In this document: piece by piece, positions 29,740 to 39,329 of the stretch | Numbering within the stretch: position 1 is the stretch's first letter | How the letters are laid out: every line of letters starts with the position of its first letter | Source of the DNA: Burkholderiales bacterium | Lineage (GTDB): Bacteria; Pseudomonadota; Gammaproteobacteria; Burkholderiales; SG8-39 | Length of the DNA stretch: 64,000 nt | Direction of reading: 5' to 3' | Assembly: GCA_038206915.1 (NCBI GenBank) | Contig: JBBRAI010000009.1 | Location: 5,241 to 69,240, forward strand | The notes under the pieces: model-generated | Databases searched by the model: none | What the model saw: the letters and a program-made list of their open reading frames with translations, nothing else | What the model was told of the DNA's origin: nothing | Position numbers and translations under genes: made by a program

Positions 29740-30141
29740 CTAAACCGCCAGCACGTCCGCGCCGGCCTGGGCGATCTGTTCGTCTTCGTGCGAAGCCACG
29801 CCGGAGACGCCGATGCCACCAACGCATACGCCTTGATGCATGACCGGAATTCCCCCCTGCACCGGCAGCACTGGCATTTTCAGCATCGACATGCGCCCGT
29901 CCTTGATGCGCTGCTCCCACACCTGCGTCGAGCGGCGCGAAATGGCCGCGCTGCGGCTTTTTTGCACCGCGATCTCGGCATTGGCCGGCGTGGCCCCGTC
30001 CATGCGCTCGAGCATCAGCAGATGGCCGCCGTCGTCCGTGATTGCGATGACGACCTCCCAGTTGTTGCGCCGGGCTTCGGCCGCGCAGGCCGAAGCCATT
30101 TTCCTGCAGTCGTCCAGTGTCAGGCAGGGCTTGGTCTTCAT
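29740..30141 (-). CDS. GlcG/HbpS-like (DUF336) haem-binding-fold protein
   Basis: 133 aa: LTLDDCRKMASACAAEARRNNWEVVIAITDDGGHLLMLERMDGA...GGIPV...GGIGVSG. Confidence 0.8.
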   Translation of the reverse strand: MKTKPCLTLDDCRKMASACAAEARRNNWEVVIAITDDGGHLLMLERMDGATPANAEIAVQKSRSAAISRRSTQVWEQRIKDGRMSMLKMPVLPVQGGIPVMHQGVCVGGIGVSGVASHEDEQIAQAGADVLAV

Positions 30142-32042
30142 GCCTGTTTAGCCGTCATCGCGTCACGCACCTGCTGCAGCGCGCTCTGGTCCTCGATGGT
30201 GGTGAGGTCGCCCGGGTCGCGCCCCTCGCAAATTGCCTGCATCGAGCGGCGCAGCACCTTGCCCGAGCGGGTCTTCGGCAGCAGCGTCACGAAGTACACT
30301 CGCGCCGGCCGGCCGATGGCGCCGAGCTGCTGGTCCACCGTCTTCATCACTTCGCCTTCGAGCGCCAGGCGCCCCGCGCTGGTGGCGATCTGCGCCGGGT
30401 CCTTCAGCACCGCAAAAGCGACCGGCACCTGCCCCTTGAGCTGGTCGGCGACGCCGATCACCGCGACCTCCGCAACCGCCGGATGAGAGCTGATCGCCTC
30501 CTCTATCTCGCGCGTGCCGAGGCGGTGTCCGGCGACGTTGATCACGTCGTCGGTGCGCCCGAGGATGAAGTAGTAGCCGTCCTTGTCGCGGATGCCCCAG
30601 TCGAAGGTCGAATACGCGAGCTTGCCCGGGATGGTCTCGAAATAGGTCTGAACGAAGCGCGCGTCGTCGCCCCAGACCGTGCTCATGCAGCCCGGCGGCA
30701 GCGGCGGGATGATAGCGACCACGCCCTTTTCGTCGGCGCCGACCTCCTCGCCCGTCGATTCGTGCAGCAGCTTCAGATCATAGCCGTACATCGGGAATCC
30801 GGGGCTGCCGAATTTGCGCGGTATGTCCTCGACGCCCATGGGATTGGACAGGATGGGCCAGCCGGTTTCCGTCTGCCAGTAGTTGTCCACGATCGGCCGT
30901 CCCAGTCCCTCGGAAATCCACTGCGCCGTTGGCTGGTCCAGCGGTTCGCCGGCGAGGAACAGGTACTTGAGCGAGGACAGATCGTATTTCTTGAGGAACG
31001 CCGGGTCCTGTTTCTTCAGCACGCGGATTGCGGTCGGCGCGGAGAACATCACCGCAACCTTGTACTTCTCGACGATTTTCCACAGGATGCCGCCGTCCGG
31101 CCGCACCGGCGTGCCTTCGTACATGATGGTCGCCATGCCGGCGATCAGGGGCCCGTAGATGATGTAGGAATGCCCTACTACCCAGCCTATGTCTGAAGTG
31201 GAGAAATAGGTTTCGCCCGCATTGCCGCAGTAAATGTGCTTCATCGACGCGGCGAGCGCCACCGCGTGGCCGCCGACGTCGCGCTGCACGCCTTTCGGTT
31301 TGCCGGTGGTACCCGAGGTATACAGGATGTACGAGGGTTCGTTCGACTCGAGCCACACGCAGGGGACCTGCGCGTTCATGTGCTTGGTACGCAACTCGGC
31401 CCAGTCGAGGTCGCGGCCGGCCACGCGCGCAAAGCCCGGCGCGAGTCCGCGGTCCACGATGATCACTTTCTGCGGCGGGAACTTGGACAGACTGATCGCT
31501 TCGTCGAGTAGAGGCTTGTAGGGCACCACTTTGCCGACGCGCGAGCCCGCCTCGGCGCTGATCACCAGCTTGGGCTTGGCGTCGTCGATGCGGCTGGCGA
31601 GGCTGTGCGAGGCAAAACCTCCGAATACCACCGAGTGGATCGCGCCGATGCGCGCGCAGGCGAGGATCGCGAAGCAGGCCTCGGCGATCATCGGCATGTA
31701 GATCAGCACGCGGTCGCCCTTGCCTACGCCCAGGCTTTGCATCGCCGCGGCACAGCGGTTCACTTCCGCGTGCAGTTCGCGATAGCTGTAGGCCTTCTCG
31801 ACGTCGGTTTCGGTCGAGATGAAAATCAGCGCATTCTGGTCGGGCCTGTCCTTGAGATGGCGGTCGACCGCGTTGTGGCACAGATTGGTCTCGCCGCCGA
31901 CGAACCATTTGGCGAACGGCGGGTGAGAGTAATCGAGAACTTTGGTGAATGGTCTGTGCCAGTCGATCAGCCCCGCCTGTTCGCCCCAGAACCCTTCGCG
32001 GTCGCTGATCGAGCGCCGGTAAAACGCCTCGTAAGTCTTCAT
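30138..32042 (-). CDS. prpE: Propionate--CoA ligase
   Basis: 634 aa: MKTYEAFYRRSISDREGFWGEQAGLIDWHRPFTKVLDYSHPPFAKWFVGGETNLCHNAVDRHL, very like enterobacterial PrpE. YTSGTTGKPKGV. The stop overlaps the GlcG-like start. Confidence 0.85.
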   Translation of the reverse strand: MKTYEAFYRRSISDREGFWGEQAGLIDWHRPFTKVLDYSHPPFAKWFVGGETNLCHNAVDRHLKDRPDQNALIFISTETDVEKAYSYRELHAEVNRCAAAMQSLGVGKGDRVLIYMPMIAEACFAILACARIGAIHSVVFGGFASHSLASRIDDAKPKLVISAEAGSRVGKVVPYKPLLDEAISLSKFPPQKVIIVDRGLAPGFARVAGRDLDWAELRTKHMNAQVPCVWLESNEPSYILYTSGTTGKPKGVQRDVGGHAVALAASMKHIYCGNAGETYFSTSDIGWVVGHSYIIYGPLIAGMATIMYEGTPVRPDGGILWKIVEKYKVAVMFSAPTAIRVLKKQDPAFLKKYDLSSLKYLFLAGEPLDQPTAQWISEGLGRPIVDNYWQTETGWPILSNPMGVEDIPRKFGSPGFPMYGYDLKLLHESTGEEVGADEKGVVAIIPPLPPGCMSTVWGDDARFVQTYFETIPGKLAYSTFDWGIRDKDGYYFILGRTDDVINVAGHRLGTREIEEAISSHPAVAEVAVIGVADQLKGQVPVAFAVLKDPAQIATSAGRLALEGEVMKTVDQQLGAIGRPARVYFVTLLPKTRSGKVLRRSMQAICEGRDPGDLTTIEDQSALQQVRDAMTAKQA

Positions 32043-32099
32043 GCCCTTGTCCTCCTCGCGCTTGCCGCCATTCAGGCGCGGCGTGCTGCTGTTGCTGGA

Positions 32100-33095
32100 C
32101 TAGCCCGCTGCCAGATCCACCACGATACGTCCCTTGGCCTTGCCTTGGATGAAATCGTCGAACACGCCGGGCAGTCGCTCGAACGCGATGGTGCGCGACA
32201 AGCTCGCGAGGTGTTTGGGTTTCATGTCGGTGGCGAGCCGCTGCCAGACGTGCTGCCGCAATGGCATCGGTGTATAGCCGGAGTCGATGCCGAGCAGGCA
32301 GGCGCCGCGCAGGATGAACGGCAGCACGGTGGTGTTGAGCGTCGGACTGGCTGCGAGCCCGATGCTGGCTATGGCGCCGCCCTGGGCCATGGTGCTCGCG
32401 ATCCAGGCGAGCACGTCGCCGCCTAGATTGTCCACCGCGCCCGCCCACAGCGCCTTGTCCAGCGGCCGGATCTTGGTCAGGTCCAGGCTCTGGCGCAGCT
32501 TCACTTCTTTCGCGCCCAGGCCCTTGAGGTACTCGGTTTCGCTTTCCTTGCCGGTAAGCGCGACCACCTGATAACCGAGGCCGGCGAGGATATCAACCGC
32601 GATCGAGCCGACCCCGCCGCTGGCGCCGGATACGATCACCGGCCCGTTGCCCGGCGCGAGGCCGTTGACTTCCATGCGCACCACGCCCAGCGCGGCGGTG
32701 TAGCCTGCCGTGCCCAGAGCCATCGACTCGAACAGGTTCAGCCCCTTGGGCATGGGCACCACCCAGTCGGCCGGTATGCGCGCATATTCGGCGTAGCCGC
32801 CGTGGTGCGCCACGCCGATGTCGTAGCTCGTGGCGATCACCGCATCGCCTTTCTTGAAGCGCGCATCGGCCGATTCGACCACCGTGCCCGACAGGTCGAT
32901 GCCGCCGACGCAGGGGAAGCGGCGGATGACCTTGCCCGCGCCGGTGGCGGCAAGCGCGTCCTTGTAGTTCACCCCCGAATACGCAACCCGTATCACCACT
33001 TCGCCCGGATCGAGATCCGCCAGCCCCATGTCGACGAATCCGGCGACCGTCTTCTTGTCCACCTCGTTGATGCGGAACGCCTTGAACTTGTCCAT
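32100..33095 (-). CDS. acuI: Acrylyl-CoA reductase (NADPH), YhdH/AcuI family MDR oxidoreductase
   Basis: 331 aa colinear with E. coli YhdH: SGVNYKDALAATGAGKVIRRFPCVGGIDLSGTV, VSGASGGVGS, VLPFILRG. Confidence 0.8.
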   Translation of the reverse strand: MDKFKAFRINEVDKKTVAGFVDMGLADLDPGEVVIRVAYSGVNYKDALAATGAGKVIRRFPCVGGIDLSGTVVESADARFKKGDAVIATSYDIGVAHHGGYAEYARIPADWVVPMPKGLNLFESMALGTAGYTAALGVVRMEVNGLAPGNGPVIVSGASGGVGSIAVDILAGLGYQVVALTGKESETEYLKGLGAKEVKLRQSLDLTKIRPLDKALWAGAVDNLGGDVLAWIASTMAQGGAIASIGLAASPTLNTTVLPFILRGACLLGIDSGYTPMPLRQHVWQRLATDMKPKHLASLSRTIAFERLPGVFDDFIQGKAKGRIVVDLAAG

Positions 33096-33172
33096 GCTTC
33101 GTTACCCCTATGTTGAGAAACTATACCTGGCGACCTAAGTCGCGTCACCGGCTATCTCAGAGTTGCGCTTTT

Positions 33173-33345
33173 GCGCGGACGAAAAATCGTCCGCGCGGAT
33201 CGCCAATTGCGCACGGATAAAAACCATCCGTGCGCAATTGGCGAACTTGTACAAGAACCCACGCCGTCCTTGTTTTTAACCATAACCGCGTTTTCTGTAC
33301 GGATGCTTTCTATCCGTACAGAAAACGCGGTTGGCGCGCGCAGCG
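33173..33345 (-). repeat. Three-hairpin structured intergenic element, copy A (lpdA / acuI spacer)
   Basis: Hairpins H1 at 33173-33196, H2 at 33202-33242 and H3 at 33287-33329. Homologous over about 170 nt to the reverse complement of 49270-49442, with compensatory stem substitutions. Confidence 0.7.
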
Positions 33346-33410
33346 CGTAAATCCGCCCGTCGCACGCGATGGCATTCAAGACGCCGTATATGGTCTCCAG
33401 TTTCCAGTCG

Positions 33411-34838
33411 CTACATATGCAGCGCGCGCTTCTCCACCGCCAGCGCCGCTTCGTGCACCACTTCGGAGAGGGACGGATGCGCATGGCAGATGCGCGCGAT
33501 ATCCTCGGCGCTCGCGCCGAATTCCATCGCCATGACCGCTTCCGCGATCATCTCCGAAGCGTGGGAACCGATGATGTGTATCCCGAGCACGCGGTCGGTC
33601 TTGGCGTCGGCGAGAATTTTCACGAAGCCCGCGGTCTCGTCCTGCCCCATGGCGCGGCCATTGTGCGAAAACGGCACCTGGCCGGCGCGGTAGGCAATGC
33701 CCTCGGCTTTCAGCTGCTGCTCGGCCTTGCCTACCCAGGCGATTTCCGGCGCCGTATAGATTACCCAGGGGATGGTGTCGAGGTTGACGTGCCCCGCCTG
33801 GCCGGCGATGCGCTCGGCCACCATCACGCCTTCGTCCATGCCTTTGTGCGCGAGCATCGGGCCGCGCACCACGTCACCCACCGCGTAAACGTTGGGCAGG
33901 CTGGTGCGGCAGTACTCGTCCACCTCGATCAGGCCGCGCTCGTCGATCTTCAGCCCCAGCGTCTCGGCGCCGAGATCACGCGTATTGGGCACGCGCCCGA
34001 CCGACACCACGAGCTTGTTGCAGTCCAGCGCCTGCCTGCCTTCGCTGCTTTCGTATTCGATCGTCAGTCCGCGCTTGCCGCGACTCACCTTGCCGATTTT
34101 GACGCCGAGCTTGATCTCCAGCCCCTGATCCTTGACGAATATCTTCCACGCCTCCTTCGCCACCGCCTCGTCCGCGGCCGCGAGGAAATTCGGCAGCGCT
34201 TCGAGGACAGTGACCTTCGCGCCCAGGCGTCGCCACACGCTGCCCAGTTCCAGCCCGATGACACCGGCGCCGATCACCCCGAGCTTTTCCGGCACCGCGC
34301 TCAGCGCGAGCGCGCCGATGTTGTCGCAGATGGTCTCGTTGTCCACCTCGATTCCAGGCAGATGCCGCGCGGTGGATCCCGTCGCGATAATCACATGGTT
34401 CGCCTCCACCTTCTCGGCGCCCCCGCCGTCGGCGACCTCGATCAGGTATTTTTCGCCGCCGCCGGCGAGCTTGCCGTGGCCCTTCAGCCAGGTGATCTTG
34501 TTCTTTTTGAACAGCATCTCGATGCCGCCGGTAAGCTGCGCCACGATCTTGTCCTTGCGCGACTGCATTTTGGCGACATCGATTTTGGCCCCGGTGACCG
34601 AAATGCCGTGATTGCCGAACTTGTACGCCACGCGCTCGTAATTCTCCGACGATTCGAGCAGCGCCTTGGACGGTATGCAGCCGACGTTGAGGCAGGTGCC
34701 GCCGAGCCTGGCCTCGCCCTTCTCGTTTTTCCACTCGTCGATGACTGCGGTGGAAAAACCGAGCTGGGCGCAGCGGATGGCGGCGATGTAGCCGGCCGGA
34801 CCGGCGCCGATGACTACGACTTCGAATGATTTCAGCAT
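33411..34838 (-). CDS. lpdA: Dihydrolipoyl dehydrogenase (E3)
   Basis: MLKSFEVVVIGAGPAGYIAAIRCAQLG, redox-active GGTCLNVGCIPSK, C-terminal HAHPSLSE. Start set at ATG 34838. Confidence 0.95.
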   Translation of the reverse strand: MLKSFEVVVIGAGPAGYIAAIRCAQLGFSTAVIDEWKNEKGEARLGGTCLNVGCIPSKALLESSENYERVAYKFGNHGISVTGAKIDVAKMQSRKDKIVAQLTGGIEMLFKKNKITWLKGHGKLAGGGEKYLIEVADGGGAEKVEANHVIIATGSTARHLPGIEVDNETICDNIGALALSAVPEKLGVIGAGVIGLELGSVWRRLGAKVTVLEALPNFLAAADEAVAKEAWKIFVKDQGLEIKLGVKIGKVSRGKRGLTIEYESSEGRQALDCNKLVVSVGRVPNTRDLGAETLGLKIDERGLIEVDEYCRTSLPNVYAVGDVVRGPMLAHKGMDEGVMVAERIAGQAGHVNLDTIPWVIYTAPEIAWVGKAEQQLKAEGIAYRAGQVPFSHNGRAMGQDETAGFVKILADAKTDRVLGIHIIGSHASEMIAEAVMAMEFGASAEDIARICHAHPSLSEVVHEAALAVEKRALHM

Positions 34839-34934
34839 GTTTGGGCTCTGATGTTCTGCGTTGTCTATCCGCATTGGCCGCCGGCGGCGAGAATGCTCCG
34901 TTCGGGTGCCGGCGCCCCGGCGGGAGAACGGGTC

Positions 34935-36191
34935 CTAGAGTTCCAGCAGCAGGCGCATCGGGTCTTCCAGTGCTTCTTTCATCGCCACCAGCGACAATAC
35001 CGCCTCGCGGCCGTCGATGATGCGATGGTCGTAGGACAGGGCGAAATAGTTCATCGGCCGGACTACGATCTGGCCGTCCTCGACCACCGCCCGTTCCTTG
35101 GTCGCGTGGATGCCGAGTATGGCCGACTGCGGCGGGTTGATGATGGGCGTCGACAGCATGGAACCGAACACCCCGCCGTTGGAAATGGAAAAAGTGCCGC
35201 CGGTGAGTTCTTCCATCGTGAGCTTGCCTTCGCCCGCGCGCTTGCCCAGGTCGGCGATGGTCTTCTCTATCTGGGCGAAGCTCAACTGGTCGGCGTCGCG
35301 CAGCACCGGCACCACCAGACCGCGCGGGCTGCCTACCGCGACGCCGATGTCGAAATAGCCGTGGTAGACGATCTCGTTGCCGTCGACCGAAGCGTTGACA
35401 ACAGGATATTTCTTCAGCGCATAAACCGCCGCCTTGACGAAAAAAGACATGAAGCCGAGCTTCACGCCGTGCTCTTTCTCGAATTTGTCCTTGTGCTTCG
35501 CGCGCAGGTCCAGCACCGGCTGCATGTTGACTTCATTGAATGTGGTGAGGATGGCCGCGCTGGCCTGTGACTGTAGCAGGCGCTCTGCGACACGCGCGCG
35601 CAGGCGCGACATCGGCACGCGCTGCTCCGGCCGGCCGGCGAAAAGCTTGTCCGCGTTAATCGGCGCGGGCACGCCGGGCAGCCCGGGCTTCGCTGGCGAA
35701 ACCGCTGCCGGCGGAGGCGCAGCCGCCGCGGGCCGCGCCGGGGCGCCGCGCTCCATGTGCGCGATGACATCGGCCTTGGTGACGCGGCCGTCGCGGCCGC
35801 TGCCGGCAATGGCCTTGGAATCGAGTTTGTTGTCCTCGACCATCTTGCGCGCCGCGGGCATCAGATTGCTCTGCTCCTCGAGCTGCTTCGCCGCCTGCGC
35901 CACCGGAGGTGCGGGGCGTTCCGCCGCTTTGGCCACTGCAGCAGACGAGTCCGCCGCCGTATCGATTACCGCGATGACCTCGCCCGAGACCACGGTGCCG
36001 CCGTCCGCCTTGACGATCTGGGTAATGACGCCGCTGGCCGGCGCCGGAAGCTCCAGCACCACCTTGTCGGTCTCGACGTCTATCAGGTTTTCGTCACGGG
36101 CAACGGCGTCGCCCACCTTCTTGTGCCAGCTGAGCAGCGTGGCCTCGGCCACTGACTCCGACAGCTGCGGTACTTTCACCTCGACTAGCAT
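34935..36191 (-). CDS. sucB: 2-oxoglutarate dehydrogenase E2, dihydrolipoyllysine succinyltransferase
   Basis: Lipoyl domain MLVEVKVPQLSESVAEATLLSWHKKVGD...IDVETDKVVLELPA, an Ala/Pro linker, and a catalytic domain with DHRIIDGREAV. Start set at ATG 36191. Confidence 0.95.
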   Translation of the reverse strand: MLVEVKVPQLSESVAEATLLSWHKKVGDAVARDENLIDVETDKVVLELPAPASGVITQIVKADGGTVVSGEVIAVIDTAADSSAAVAKAAERPAPPVAQAAKQLEEQSNLMPAARKMVEDNKLDSKAIAGSGRDGRVTKADVIAHMERGAPARPAAAAPPPAAVSPAKPGLPGVPAPINADKLFAGRPEQRVPMSRLRARVAERLLQSQASAAILTTFNEVNMQPVLDLRAKHKDKFEKEHGVKLGFMSFFVKAAVYALKKYPVVNASVDGNEIVYHGYFDIGVAVGSPRGLVVPVLRDADQLSFAQIEKTIADLGKRAGEGKLTMEELTGGTFSISNGGVFGSMLSTPIINPPQSAILGIHATKERAVVEDGQIVVRPMNYFALSYDHRIIDGREAVLSLVAMKEALEDPMRLLLEL

Positions 36192-36347
36192 GACGGCTCC
36201 GTTCAGTTTTTTCGCCGCCCTCGGGTATCCCTTCGGCGGCGTACCGCAAAAACAAGTGCGCGCATCGCGCCCGTGCCTGACTCGACCGGCGCGTGCCGCC
36301 GCGCCGGGTATCACGATATTACACGCCCGCGGCTTCGGCGGCAGGCC

Positions 36348-39203
36348 CTACTTCGACGTTCCTGCCGCCTTGAACTTGCCGAAAGCCGCGGCGACCAGCG
36401 CCTTCTGCTGTTCCTGATGCTTGGCGTAGTAGCCCACCGCAGGCGAAGCCGATGACGGCCGCCCCGCATAAAAAAGCTTCTGGTCCTCGCGCAGATTCTC
36501 TACGAAATAGTGCCGCGTCTGATACCAGGCGCCCTGGTTCTGCGGCTCTTCCTGGCACCAAACCACCTGTGTCGCATTCGGATAGCGCTTCATTTCCGCC
36601 GCGAACGACTTGTGCGGGAAGGGATAGAGTTGCGCTACCCGGATGATCGCCGTGCCCTTGAAATCGCCCTCGCGCCGCGCCGTCACCAGGTCGAAATAGA
36701 CCTTGCCGCTGCAGCAGATGATGCGTTTCACGGACTCCGGGTCGATGTGCTCTGTCTCGCCGAGCACCGGGTGGAACTGGCCCTGGGCAAATTCGGACAG
36801 CGGCGACATCGCCTCCTTGTTGCGCAGCAGCGACTTCGGCGTCATTATGATCAGCGGCTTTCTGAACAGCCGTATCATCTGCCGGCGCAGCAGGTGGAAC
36901 ATCTGCGCCGAGTTCGACGGCACCACCACCTGCATATTGTGCTCGGCACAGAGTTGCAGGTAGCGCTCCAGGCGCGCCGAGGAATGCTCCGGCCCTTGGC
37001 CTTCGTAGCCGTGCGGCAGCATCATCACCAGGCCGGACACGCGGTTCCACTTGGCCTCGCCAGACGAGATGAACTGGTCGATCACAACCTGGGCGCCGTT
37101 GGCGAAGTCGCCGAACTGCGCTTCCCAGATGACCATCTCGTTGGGTTCCGCAGTGGAATAACCATACTCGAAACCGAGCACCGCCTCCTCCGACAGCACC
37201 GAGTCGATCACGGTGAACGGCGCCTGCTTGTCGGTGATGTGCTGCAGCGGCGTGAAAGTGCCCGAATCCCATTTTTCCCGGTTCTGATCGTGCAGCACGG
37301 CATGGCGGTGACCGAACGTGCCGCGGCCGGAATCCTGGCCGGACAGGCGTACCGCGTAGCCGCTGGCCACCAGGCTCGCATAGGCGAGGTGTTCCGCCAT
37401 GCCCCAGTCGACCGGCAGCCGGCCCTCGCCCATGGCCTTGCGGTCGGCAACGACTTTCTCCACCAGCGGATGCAGCTTGAAATCGGCGGGAACGGCAGTG
37501 ATGCGCTGCGCCATGCGCTGCAATTCAGCCAGCGGCACCGCGGTATCGGCGGCGTCGGTCCAATTGCGGTCAAGATACGGCACCCAGTCGACCGCGTACT
37601 TGCTCTTGAAATTCGAGATTACCGGATCGGCGGTGTGATGTCCCGCATCGAGCGCGGTGCGCATGCTCTTGATCATCTCGTCGCCGTCTGCCTCCGCAAT
37701 GACGCCCTGCGCGAGCAGCTTGTCCGCGTAGAGCTTGCGCGTGCCCGCGTGTGCGGCAATTCGCTTGTACATCAGCGGCTGGGTCACCGAGGGCGTGTCC
37801 TGCTCGTTGTGTCCGAGCTTTCTGAAGCAGACGATATCCACAACGACGTCGCGGTGAAACTCCATGCGGTAGTCGAGCGCAAGCTGAGTCACCAGCACCA
37901 CCGCCTCGGGGTCATCGCCGTTGACGTGAAAGATCGGCGCTTCCACCATCTTGGCCACGTCGGTGCAATACAGTGTCGAGCGCGAATCGCGCGGGTCAGA
38001 GGTGGTAAAGCCGATCTGGTTGTTGATCACCACGTGCACCGTGCCGCCGGTGCCGTAGCCGCGCGTGTTCGCAAGATTGAGCGTTTCCATCACCACGCCC
38101 TGGCCGGCGAAGGCCGCATCGCCGTGCAGCAGGATCGACATGACCTGCGTTCCGTCCTTGTCACCGCGGCGGCGCTGGCGCGCGCGCACCGAGCCCTCGA
38201 CCACCGGATTGGCGATTTCCAGGTGCGAGGGATTGAACGCGAGCGACAGGTGCACCGGCCCGCCCGGCGTGGACACGTCCGAAGAAAAGCCCTTGTGGTA
38301 TTTGACATCGCCCGAGTGCAGGTCGTCCACGTGCACGCCCTCGAATTCGGCGAACAGGTCCTTGGGCATTTTGCCGAGCACGTTGACCAGAACGTTCAGG
38401 CGCCCGCGATGCGCCATGCCCATGACGATTTCCTGCACGCCCTGGCTGCCGCTGCGCTGGATCAGCTCATCCACGCAGGGTATGAGGCTCTCCCCGCCTT
38501 CCAGCGAAAAGCGCTTTTGCCCCACATATCGGGTATGCAGGTACTTTTCCAGGGTTTCAGCGGCGGTCACGCGCTCGAGGATGTGCTTCTTGGTTTCGGC
38601 GGAGAACTTGGGCAGGGAACGGATCGACTCGAAGCGCTGCTGCACCCAGCGCTTTTGCGCCGGGTCGGTGATGTACATGTATTCGATGCCGATCGTGCCG
38701 CAATAAGTCTCGCGCAGGCCCTTGACGATTTCGCGCAAGGTCATGCGCTCCTGGCCGAAATACAGGCTGGCAGCGTCGAACTGCATGTCCATGTCGGTTT
38801 CGGTGAGGTCGTAGAAGGTCGGTTCGAGTTCCGGGATATGCGGCCGCTCCTGGCGCTTCAGCGGGTCGAGCTGCGCCCAGCGCGAGCCCAGGTTCCGGTA
38901 GGCTGCGATTAGCTGCTGCACGTAGACCTGTTTGCGCGCGACCATCAGATCCGACTGTGTCGCCCCCGGCCGCAGCGTGCCCTGCTTTGCGCGCAAGGCG
39001 AAGGATTCGACGATCGGTGCATGCGCGACGTCGCGGTCCTCGGCGCCTTTGCCCGCGCCGGCCACGAGCTGCATCTGGTCGAAATACGCGCGCCACTGTT
39101 CCGGCACCGAGCCCGGGTTATCCAGATAGGACTCGTACAGGTCCTCGATATACGGCGCATTGCCGCCGAAAAGGTGAGAGTTGCTCTGAAAATATTTCAG
39201 CAT
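36348..39203 (-). CDS. sucA: 2-oxoglutarate dehydrogenase E1 component
   Basis: MLKYFQSNSHLFGGNAPYIEDLYESYLDNPGSVPEQWRAYF, about 951 aa, ThDP-binding regions are present. Start set at ATG 39203. Confidence 0.95.
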   Translation of the reverse strand: MLKYFQSNSHLFGGNAPYIEDLYESYLDNPGSVPEQWRAYFDQMQLVAGAGKGAEDRDVAHAPIVESFALRAKQGTLRPGATQSDLMVARKQVYVQQLIAAYRNLGSRWAQLDPLKRQERPHIPELEPTFYDLTETDMDMQFDAASLYFGQERMTLREIVKGLRETYCGTIGIEYMYITDPAQKRWVQQRFESIRSLPKFSAETKKHILERVTAAETLEKYLHTRYVGQKRFSLEGGESLIPCVDELIQRSGSQGVQEIVMGMAHRGRLNVLVNVLGKMPKDLFAEFEGVHVDDLHSGDVKYHKGFSSDVSTPGGPVHLSLAFNPSHLEIANPVVEGSVRARQRRRGDKDGTQVMSILLHGDAAFAGQGVVMETLNLANTRGYGTGGTVHVVINNQIGFTTSDPRDSRSTLYCTDVAKMVEAPIFHVNGDDPEAVVLVTQLALDYRMEFHRDVVVDIVCFRKLGHNEQDTPSVTQPLMYKRIAAHAGTRKLYADKLLAQGVIAEADGDEMIKSMRTALDAGHHTADPVISNFKSKYAVDWVPYLDRNWTDAADTAVPLAELQRMAQRITAVPADFKLHPLVEKVVADRKAMGEGRLPVDWGMAEHLAYASLVASGYAVRLSGQDSGRGTFGHRHAVLHDQNREKWDSGTFTPLQHITDKQAPFTVIDSVLSEEAVLGFEYGYSTAEPNEMVIWEAQFGDFANGAQVVIDQFISSGEAKWNRVSGLVMMLPHGYEGQGPEHSSARLERYLQLCAEHNMQVVVPSNSAQMFHLLRRQMIRLFRKPLIIMTPKSLLRNKEAMSPLSEFAQGQFHPVLGETEHIDPESVKRIICCSGKVYFDLVTARREGDFKGTAIIRVAQLYPFPHKSFAAEMKRYPNATQVVWCQEEPQNQGAWYQTRHYFVENLREDQKLFYAGRPSSASPAVGYYAKHQEQQKALVAAAFGKFKAAGTSK

Positions 39204-39329
39204 ATGGGCAGCTCGCCTCGGATGGGTGAGAAACGGGATCTGCAAAAAACACGAAGGTACGCGGAGGTCCCGGATGTTTCCGGCGCCCCCCGCGTACCCT
39301 TCGGGTACAGCTTTATCTTGTCAGCCTTT

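Noticed and set aside
29720-29920. N-terminal 67-codon extension of the hydratase ORF (28898-29920)
   Set aside because: The extension is Arg/Gly/Ala-rich and would overlap the well-supported GlcG-like gene (29740-30141). TTG 29719 with an upstream GGAG gives a family-typical 273-aa protein.
36510-38912. 800-aa forward ORF
   Set aside because: It lies antisense to sucA and is a shadow ORF.
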